Source: Bacteriovoracaceae bacterium (GTDB lineage Bacteria; Bdellovibrionota; Bacteriovoracia; Bacteriovoracales; Bacteriovoracaceae). Taken from it: 64,000 bases of DNA. Below, piece by piece: positions 10,201 to 17,198 of this stretch. The translations under genes and the position numbers were made by a program. A model generated the notes under the pieces. That model did not search any database. It was not told the DNA's origin and saw only the letters and a list, made by a program, of their open reading frames with translations. The stretch spans positions 1 through 64,000 of the forward strand of contig JABIHA010000126.1 in NCBI GenBank assembly GCA_018649885.1, in the 5' to 3' direction. The first letter of the stretch is position 1. Each line of letters opens with the position of its first letter.

Positions 10201-10999
10201 TGCAGGTCTTTCTGGAAAAGTTGCTCTTGTCATTGATTCAAGAAACTCATCTAGTTCAATTGCACCTAAGATATCAGGGTTATTTAAAGCAAGTAACTCA
10301 TCAGTAGTCTTTGTAGATACAGATGATATAGGACTTTCTAGGGCCAAATCAAAAACACCTGGGTTTAAATCTTCTGTTAATTTTAGAGCAAAATTAGCCA
10401 AATTTGGAACTGTAAACCTTTACGCTTCAAATCCACTTAGTGGAAATGGCATCAAAAGAGTTAACGCCTTCCAGGGTTCATTAAAAGAAATTGAAAAGTC
10501 CTTGTCCCTTGCAAGACTTCTTGCAAAGTCAGATTCGGCATTACTAGAGTTCCTTGCTACAAATTTAAAAGGCTCAGCTCTTGTGAGTCCACAGCAAACT
10601 CTTCTTGCCAACACTCAGCTGGCGATGACTAGAGCTTTACAAGACATCTTGATGGCAGACAAATTGTACAACCGTAGTGCCTCGCAAGGCTTAAGAGCTG
10701 CAAGCTCATCAACTGCTATGATTATGAAAATTGCTTCAGCTGCTAAGTCTTTCGCTGGAAGTAAAAAGACAGGGGCTAATATACTTCTTCAAATAAGTGA
10801 TGAAGTACTTGATGAAGCTTTTTCTCATCATGACCCAATTGAAGATGTGGTTAGCTCAAAAATTGAGAGTGCTGTTAAAAAAGCACTTAAAAAACCACTT
10901 AAAAATTCAGACAAATATTTCAAAAAGATCATCAAGAAAAAAGATCTTTTGAAATCGGCAGAAAAGCAAGCTTACCGTTTTGCTCCCTTTGCCATCTAG
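7235..10999 (+). CDS. Large secreted protein: His/Gly/Asn repeat, long coiled coil, GxxxG helical repeats, Ig-like beta domains
   Basis: SD GAGGAG before ATG 7235; signal ending ALFA; HGNGN repeats; K/A/Q heptads; G-x3-G runs; QPGENVSVDIIIKNTG (CARDB/Ig-like). Confidence 0.85.
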   Translation: MLRRQFRGTLSYTVMLTTLLSILSFNQALFAQHGNGNHGGGNHGNGNHGNGNHNGGSGDTFTIGGQNQNWEDSYKGRINFKLSDDSKLFEAKKMVRRMERELEVKSSQFETIKSALKALESKKSAQVSKRDKAVAKIDSAKAEKTALTTQKQTLASQMATLKTQIASLTTKINQLAPQVEALRQTVATEKENVSNLLGAHREAKRILKLQMDQCLATETQVACNQKPAIKQLKMAVRETKELYTQANLALAAMKTALKEMDTKLARLNSQKDQKVASKAQKKTKHDAIPAKIAQLNTNIRTYKAQKEAAKTQILRLNPQISSKRRSKQQAKVAVEMAASNVAMAQQAKRAIKDQLISRILEENERGFSMGRGAGRSEGEELASRRGNQYGEAHGLQEGRAAGEDFGKQRDYNIGERQGEEKAKTDANVNGKADGTRIGRSQGNKRAGQLQGNSDGIANAIASDAARKGAAEGATKGMDEAISYGMREGYRIGEAQAISNEESKPLTGRTVNGPFAGTFAHYVPGYPENGSPHLFYDSSYATRIRRRLPKTAFLDGYRAGYHRASQRAYERLIDGIYTQAKDYYYEEAYTRALEVEYTASFDRGHRYGYGRLYSPNYERVKEYYRGRAYSQYLSSPDLGSRDYKDSYASAKSSAYRQKYAQIKAASLEAKRSEVFNSNKAGQTEIYRKKRYASATKTYKNYPVLSFVKSTLSDHGITKVGAADAKYQPGENVSVDIIIKNTGHKTASGVSVTLASGERATLPAIAGKSTVTVKGAIATAISGGQQVGSTFQTSLSLKYLLKSNDSIQGAFYDQSGQSLVASGRKNSKSVSYPFNLSMVSIRGEIILGGENDLSVSVKNQSARSYDGDLQVELNSSIGDITSELSQLSHYAKGTSSLTGAKILVDGERNLFSKVYVSATISKNGVLLGSTTTDAVKLVKTLFKNKKGVPTIVADSESAYSELKDLMAELGGMDSFAVLDLSLGSANKKILDAGLSGKVALVIDSRNSSSSIAPKISGLFKASNSSVVFVDTDDIGLSRAKSKTPGFKSSVNFRAKLAKFGTVNLYASNPLSGNGIKRVNAFQGSLKEIEKSLSLARLLAKSDSALLEFLATNLKGSALVSPQQTLLANTQLAMTRALQDILMADKLYNRSASQGLRAASSSTAMIMKIASAAKSFAGSKKTGANILLQISDEVLDEAFSHHDPIEDVVSSKIESAVKKALKKPLKNSDKYFKKIIKKKDLLKSAEKQAYRFAPFAI

Positions 11000-11023
11000 T
11001 AAATTGAAAAATACCACAATGAT

Positions 11024-11060
11024 AAAAGGAAGCTCCTATTTGGAGCTTCCTTTTTTTTTT
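11024..11060. terminator. Bidirectional intrinsic terminator
   Basis: AAAAGGAAGCTCC-tattt-GGAGCTTCCTTTTTTTTTT between convergent genes. Confidence 0.9.
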
Positions 11061-11074
11061 GTTTTTACTATCTA

Positions 11075-13387
11075 CTATTTAGCCGGCTTAAGCTTCTTAG
11101 ATTCAGAGATTTTTTCCGTCCAAATAAGAATTGCAGGTAAAAACACTAAATCGATAAGAAGCGCACTACCTAGGACAAATGAGCTGAGGATTCCAAAGTA
11201 GAAGTTAGGCATAAAATCACCAAAAATGAAGCAACCAAAACCAAAGATAAGAATAATTGTTGTCCAAACGAGGGCCGGTCCAGTATTGGTTAAAACTTCT
11301 TTGATGGCATTAGTTGGTGACATACCTGCCTTTGTTTTCTCCACGTAATTTACTAAAAAGTGGATTGTGTCATCAACCGCAATACCAAGGGCCACAGAGG
11401 CAACAATAGAGCACCCTACATCAAAGTCTTTTCCTATGAGCCATAGAAATCCTCCACCAAAAATGAGAGGTATTACATTGGGAAGCATAGAAATCATCGC
11501 CATGGGAATTGATCTAAAGATTAAGAGCATCACAATTGAAACTAGAAGGATCGCCATCCCAATGGAAGTCACAAAAGTTTCCACAATATGCCCGTTCATT
11601 TCCTTATAGAGAGGAATCTTACCCGTGATATAACCATTAAGTCCCAGCTCACTGATCTTACTTTTAATTTTATCCATATATTCCAGTGAGATTTTACTCT
11701 CTTGGAATTTCCACAAGACAGAAACTCTAAGTCCCGACTTATCGATCGTCACCCTATCTGTTAATCCCATCCCTTGAGGAAGACCGAGATTATAAAGAAA
11801 AATCTCTTGAGCAATTTTCTTTCTATCTTTTGGAAGTCGATAGAAACTTGCATCTCCCCCGTGAAGGTGCTGATTCATCTCTTTGATAGTTTGGATAATA
11901 GAAAGTGTTCTATTAACAAAGGGGATTTCTTCAAGCCATAACTGTAACTTCTCAACCTTTTGGAGAAATTCTGGGTCCATGGCCCCTTCACTTACTCCTG
12001 TATCAAGATAAATTTCCGGTCCTGTATTGCCACCCAAATTGTCTTTTAAAAAACGATTCGCTTTTCTTACTGGAACCCTTTTAGAAAAATAGCTAAATGG
12101 ATCTGAATTCACTTCACCAAGGGAGCCTAGATAGAAAAAGCCAATAGTAAGGGCCACAAATCCTAAAATTATAGATTTTGTATATTTTGATAAATAAAAA
12201 ATGAATTTATCAACATATCTTCCATCCCATCTTCTACTATTACTGGCACTTCCTTTAATGGGAAGCATAAGTAGAAGTGGAATAATAAGAAATATTGTGA
12301 GAACCCAAGCAAAGAGCGTTCCAAGACTGGCCAGAAGCCCTAAGTTAGATATTGGTGTAAGCGGAGAAGTCATTAGACTTAAAAAACCCAAACTAGTAGT
12401 GAAACTAGTTAGAAAAGTTGGCCAAAGATTTTTGGTGATACTCTCCCTGGTCGCTTCTTTTCTATTTTTACCACTTCCCAGTGCTTGAAAATAAGTGACC
12501 AATATATGAACTGTATCTGCAATAGATATGGCCACCAAGATTCCAGGCAGTGATGAGACTAAATTATTCAACTTAATATCTAGCCAACCAGATAGGCCAA
12601 AACACATAGCGATTGAAGACCCAATGATAATGAAGGGAAGAAAAATTCCAAGAACACTTCTGAAGCTTAAAAATAGAAAAAATAGAAGAAGAAAAGTCAT
12701 CGCCGGCATAAAGACAGCGAGGTCAGCTTCCATCACCTCTAAAAATTGGAAGTTAATTATCGGACCACCAGTTAGATAGAAATTAATGTCTGGAAACTTC
12801 TTTTGATATTCTCTTTGAATCTTTCTAGCACCCTTTGCTATGGCCACGTAATCACTCTCACCTTTAAATGTCGGTTTCATGCGAGCAAATACGAGAGCAA
12901 TATTAGCAGCCTTATTGACTAAAAATCCTGGTATCACCTTATGAGAAAGAGCAATCTTTTTTCTCTCGACCAAAAAGCGACTGTCTAGCTGTGCACCTTC
13001 GGGAAATAGTGCTTCGATTTCAATATCATCCATGGTGCTTTTGGCAAAATGAAAATTTGAAAGAGAATCCACTCTAATCACTTCAGGAACCAGCCACATT
13101 TTTTCAGTAACTTCTTTAATTATCTGAATTGTCTCTGGATTAAAAACACCCTTGGGATTATGGATTGCAAATACAGCACTTTCATCAGATCCAAATTGTT
13201 TTTCAAATTGTTCGAGTTTAATAATGAGTGGGTCATCACTTCGAAACCAATTCTTAACGCCAAAATCAGTTTCTATATTTACTAATCCAGCACTCAAAGA
13301 GAGACAAAATAGCAGAGAAAATAAAATACATCGTTTTGGGTTTTCTAATACAAATTTAATGATTTTTTGTTTAAACAATTCTTGCAT
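11075..13387 (-). CDS. MMPL/RND family transporter
   Basis: Two TM bundles with ISIADTVH and GIAVDDTIHF motifs and two periplasmic loops. Confidence 0.9.
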   Translation of the reverse strand: MQELFKQKIIKFVLENPKRCILFSLLFCLSLSAGLVNIETDFGVKNWFRSDDPLIIKLEQFEKQFGSDESAVFAIHNPKGVFNPETIQIIKEVTEKMWLVPEVIRVDSLSNFHFAKSTMDDIEIEALFPEGAQLDSRFLVERKKIALSHKVIPGFLVNKAANIALVFARMKPTFKGESDYVAIAKGARKIQREYQKKFPDINFYLTGGPIINFQFLEVMEADLAVFMPAMTFLLLFFLFLSFRSVLGIFLPFIIIGSSIAMCFGLSGWLDIKLNNLVSSLPGILVAISIADTVHILVTYFQALGSGKNRKEATRESITKNLWPTFLTSFTTSLGFLSLMTSPLTPISNLGLLASLGTLFAWVLTIFLIIPLLLMLPIKGSASNSRRWDGRYVDKFIFYLSKYTKSIILGFVALTIGFFYLGSLGEVNSDPFSYFSKRVPVRKANRFLKDNLGGNTGPEIYLDTGVSEGAMDPEFLQKVEKLQLWLEEIPFVNRTLSIIQTIKEMNQHLHGGDASFYRLPKDRKKIAQEIFLYNLGLPQGMGLTDRVTIDKSGLRVSVLWKFQESKISLEYMDKIKSKISELGLNGYITGKIPLYKEMNGHIVETFVTSIGMAILLVSIVMLLIFRSIPMAMISMLPNVIPLIFGGGFLWLIGKDFDVGCSIVASVALGIAVDDTIHFLVNYVEKTKAGMSPTNAIKEVLTNTGPALVWTTIILIFGFGCFIFGDFMPNFYFGILSSFVLGSALLIDLVFLPAILIWTEKISESKKLKPAK

Positions 13388-13455
13388 GGGATTCTATCTC
13401 ACATTTTTTTTCATGGAGTATAGCAAGTAGATCGGAAAATTCCCAATGCTAGAAT

Positions 13456-14241
13456 CTAATTTGAGTTTAAGTCATCTCTAAACCTATTGATTAAATCCTC
13501 GAATTGGCCAGTTTTTGACACCTTTTCAATAAATTCAAGATTCTTCTTCTCAAATTTCCACTTATTGTGTCTGTAATACTCGTATTGAGCAGGATTCAGC
13601 TCAACTTTTTGGCCGCTTTTTGGAATAGTCACCAATTTTTTATCGCCGTGAACCCAATCACCACCTTGAATGTATCGCAAAGCGAGAGATATCATCCCAG
13701 TAGCATTTTGACCGTTGAAATCGTGAATCAGTACCGGCTGCCTTGCCGTGTCGAGAACCACATCTAGTATATTGAAAAAACTTACAACTCCCCCATCCTT
13801 ACCCTTATCTGGAAATACGGGAATTGACTCCGACGCCTTCTTCCCAAAATACTTTTGTTGATCGATATCAATTGAAGGGTGATAGGGATCAATCGGATCT
13901 AGATAAGTCCTGGCCCCCACAACAAAGGGGTGAATAAATTCAAAATGATACTTCTCTTGTTGATCGAATTCCTCAAGTGCTAGGCCTGATGAGTATTCCC
14001 CATGTCCTTTTAGCCCTCGGTGATCAAGATGAAGTATTGTCTTCGGGAATGGGAGCCGTTTATAGGCGAGTCCTTCTCTCAAGATTTCAAGACCCTTCTT
14101 CCCCAAGATTTTTGATCTGTAAATCTTGTAGAAAGGATTGATCTTAACCACGCTAAATTTTATCAATGAAATTTTTTGATAAATACTAAATACGCTTATC
14201 GGAAACACCAATAGCGCTACAATCACAGGAATTCGTTTCAT
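13456..14241 (-). CDS. Exported protein-tyrosine-phosphatase-fold protein with degenerate active site
   Basis: Hydrophobic N-terminus; IYRS motif; QPVLIHDFNGQNATG aligns to PVLxHCxxGxDRTG. Confidence 0.6.
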   Translation of the reverse strand: MKRIPVIVALLVFPISVFSIYQKISLIKFSVVKINPFYKIYRSKILGKKGLEILREGLAYKRLPFPKTILHLDHRGLKGHGEYSSGLALEEFDQQEKYHFEFIHPFVVGARTYLDPIDPYHPSIDIDQQKYFGKKASESIPVFPDKGKDGGVVSFFNILDVVLDTARQPVLIHDFNGQNATGMISLALRYIQGGDWVHGDKKLVTIPKSGQKVELNPAQYEYYRHNKWKFEKKNLEFIEKVSKTGQFEDLINRFRDDLNSN

Positions 14242-14559
14242 TCTTACACCTCTCACTAATTCATCGGAAAAGAGAGACTTTGATTTAGGTTTAACAATTT
14301 ATAGGTGGGGTTTTCTGAAGTTGTTTGAGTAGCAAAACAGAGTGGGATAGGCGGTTTTATTTTCTCTAAATATCTACAATCTAAGGGCCAAAAATATAGT
14401 TTGATAAAGAAATGGTGAAGACAGGGTGAAGTTTGATTATTGCCCCACAATAACGAGTGATTCCACTAGTTCCCTTGTGCCCATTTTCCCGTATAGGATT
14501 TATACTATTAGAGGGAAAGTTTACTTCGACAGTTGGATCAGAAATTGTTTAGCGAGAAA

Positions 14560-15909
14560 ATGATAGGCGGAAATTTAGATATATTGGGTTATGTTTTCAT
14601 AGCACTTTTGGGTCTATTATTTTTTCTACGTGAGAAGTATGGACGAAAAAAAACGGAAACGGATCTAAAAAATAGTATCAAGAAAAAGCAAGTTGAACCC
14701 TACACTCTTCACCCCCTAATTAAAACAGAGTTATGCTTTGGCTGTGCCGCCTGTGTCATGGAATGCCCAGAAGAAGGCGTTATGGGACTTCTTTCGGGAA
14801 AAGCAATTCTGGTAAAACCAAATAAATGTGTTGGTCACGGAGTTTGCAAAGATATCTGTCCAAATGAGGCCATTGAATTAGTTATCGGAACAAAGAATTT
14901 GCCAATTGAGATACCCAACTTAACACCACACTTTGAAACTAATGTGGATGGACTCTATATTGTTGGAGAACTGGGAGGGATGGGTCTTATAAGAAATGCT
15001 GTCAAGCAAGGGATGCTGGCCATAGAGCACGCAAAAGCACAGCTTAAAAGTCGCAATATTGATTTTGTTACGGACCATGATGTCGTGATCGTTGGAGCGG
15101 GTCCTTCTGGATTTTCTGCTACCCTTGCTTGTAAAAAAGAAGAGCTTAACTATCTTTGCCTTGAACAAGAAGAATTTGGTGGGGCCATAAGACACTACCC
15201 TAGACAAAAAATTGTCATGAGCTTTCCTCTTGAATTTCCGATTGTCGGGAAAATGACTTTTCGAAAAAACATTGTTGAAAAAGAAGAAATTCTCGAAAGA
15301 TGGAATCAAGTAAGAGAAAAAGAAAACTTAAATATTTTAGAGAATCATCGTTTTGATAGCCTCGAGAAAAAAGGTAATCACTTTATCATTCACACACCGA
15401 ATAAATCATATACTACCAAAGTAGCAGTTATTGCAATGGGCGTAGGCGGTACACCCAGAAAGCTTGGTGTAGAAGGTGAAAACTTAGAAAAAATATCTTA
15501 CCGTTTAATCGATGCGAAAAATTACACTAATCAAAATATAGTTGTTGTTGGCGGGGGGAACTCGGCAGCAGAAGCTGCTGCAAGTTTGAGTCAACCTGAG
15601 TTAGGCAACAAAGTAGTCCTTGTCTGTCGAAAGGACAACCTTAATAAGTGTAATGAAACAAATATCGATATTGCTTCCAGGAAATCAAAAGCAGGAGATC
15701 TAGAAATTAAATACGAAAGTATTGTAGAAAGTATTGATGAAGATACAATCACGCTAAATTGTGATGGAACAATAGAAAAGATTGAAAACCATTTTATATT
15801 CGTTTTTGCAGGATCTGAAAAACCATTTCCTTTTCTACGAAGCCTCGGTGTCGAGATTGAAAAAATGTATGGGACACCACTTAAGGAAAAGTCTGATGTT
15901 GCAGTATAA
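14560..15909 (+). CDS. Membrane-anchored 2x[4Fe-4S] ferredoxin fused to thioredoxin-reductase-like FAD/NAD(P)H oxidoreductase
   Basis: N-terminal TM; CFGCAACVMECP and CVGHGVCKDICP; IVGAGPSG; VVGGGNSA; alternative TTG start at 14533. Confidence 0.9.
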   Translation: MIGGNLDILGYVFIALLGLLFFLREKYGRKKTETDLKNSIKKKQVEPYTLHPLIKTELCFGCAACVMECPEEGVMGLLSGKAILVKPNKCVGHGVCKDICPNEAIELVIGTKNLPIEIPNLTPHFETNVDGLYIVGELGGMGLIRNAVKQGMLAIEHAKAQLKSRNIDFVTDHDVVIVGAGPSGFSATLACKKEELNYLCLEQEEFGGAIRHYPRQKIVMSFPLEFPIVGKMTFRKNIVEKEEILERWNQVREKENLNILENHRFDSLEKKGNHFIIHTPNKSYTTKVAVIAMGVGGTPRKLGVEGENLEKISYRLIDAKNYTNQNIVVVGGGNSAAEAAASLSQPELGNKVVLVCRKDNLNKCNETNIDIASRKSKAGDLEIKYESIVESIDEDTITLNCDGTIEKIENHFIFVFAGSEKPFPFLRSLGVEIEKMYGTPLKEKSDVAV

Positions 15910-16999
15910 ATATATATCACTATCAATTTTTGCATTGGTATTTCTAACAGTAGTGGGGTGTCAACCACAGCAACCTGAAGCAACCTCAGGGACTGCCCCT
16001 CTTACAAGTTTTGACCATCTTGGTATTACTGGAAATTGTAGTACTTGCCATGAAAAAGACCTGCCTGAAAAAGACCATGGTGGGAAACTAGACTGTGAAT
16101 ACTGCCACCAAGTCGATAGCTGGAAAGGAAATGTAGATTACTCACATGTCCCTTCCCCGCATTCGTGTAATCTTTGTCACGAAGTTGAAAGACCAAGGCC
16201 TGATCACGGTGACAAAAATGATTGCATTCTTTGCCACAAAACCAAATCATGGGGAAAAGAAGTTTTCTTTGAACATACCCCCAAGCCTACAAGTTGTTCC
16301 ACCTGTCATACAATTGATAGACCCGACAAAAATCACGGTGCTCAAAATGATTGCGTTCTTTGTCATCAAACAAAAAAAGGGGAAAAAGAAATCGACTTCG
16401 AGCACAATCCCAAACCTGCAAGCTGTACGGCATGCCATGAAGCAGAAAGACCCGACAAAGATCATGGCAATAAACTTGGATGTGTAGATTGTCATCAAAC
16501 GGCCTCATGGGAGAAAGATGCCATATACCACCACACTCCACGACCTAGTAGCTGCAGTCAATGTCACGTAAAAGACAGACCGGCTGCAAATCACGGTCTT
16601 GCAATGGATTGCACAAGCTGTCATAAAACCGATAACTGGGGTAAAGAGCAATTCTACGCCCACGCACCGATTCCAAATAGCTGTACTGAATGTCATGAAG
16701 GACAAAGGCCTAGTAGAACGACCTATCCAGGGCCAAGCAAAGGAAAGCAAGAAGGTCATTATAATAATACAGATTGTCTAGGTTGCCATAAGACTGAAGC
16801 AAAAGATGATAAGTGGATTTTTGATCATGGTGGTGCAAAAGACAAAAATATTAAGTACTGCCTTCCATGTCACTATGATGGCGGCTGGAAAAAACATGGA
16901 ATATTTGGAAGTATCGGAGGCTTCTATAAAGATAGTGGTAAATGTTATGACTGCCACAACATAAGAAAGAGTTGGGAAGAAGGTCCGAAAAAGAAATAA
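15896..16999 (+). CDS. 14-heme c-type cytochrome lipoprotein
   Basis: ATG 15896 with SD AAGGA overlapping upstream gene; lipobox VVG-C; 14 CxxCH counted. Confidence 0.92.
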   Translation: MLQYKYISLSIFALVFLTVVGCQPQQPEATSGTAPLTSFDHLGITGNCSTCHEKDLPEKDHGGKLDCEYCHQVDSWKGNVDYSHVPSPHSCNLCHEVERPRPDHGDKNDCILCHKTKSWGKEVFFEHTPKPTSCSTCHTIDRPDKNHGAQNDCVLCHQTKKGEKEIDFEHNPKPASCTACHEAERPDKDHGNKLGCVDCHQTASWEKDAIYHHTPRPSSCSQCHVKDRPAANHGLAMDCTSCHKTDNWGKEQFYAHAPIPNSCTECHEGQRPSRTTYPGPSKGKQEGHYNNTDCLGCHKTEAKDDKWIFDHGGAKDKNIKYCLPCHYDGGWKKHGIFGSIGGFYKDSGKCYDCHNIRKSWEEGPKKK

Positions 17000-17136
17000 A
17001 GAAGTTTATTCAAAAGTAAATTGAGTGATTAGCCTAATTTAATTTATGCATGCGTATTATTTTGTAAAAAGTTCTATTGAAATTATTTTCAATGGGGTTT
17101 TGATATTTTTATTTTTAAAAAAGAATTGGAAAAAAC

Positions 17137-17180
17137 GTGAACAAAGTCACCGTTGCCAAAGAGTTCAAAAACGATACTCT
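17137..17180 (+). promoter_or_regulatory. Possible Crp/Fnr-family site abutting a sigma-70-like promoter
   Basis: GTGA-ACAAAG-TCAC (17137-17150), then TTGCCA-16 nt-TACTCT upstream of ATG 17199. Confidence 0.3.
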
Positions 17181-17198
17181 ATTGTGGGAAAAAAATAG

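Noticed and set aside
15782..15895. N-terminal 38 aa of the track's 405-aa ORF
   Set aside because: Overlaps the upstream CDS; ATG 15896 has an SD and gives a proper lipoprotein signal
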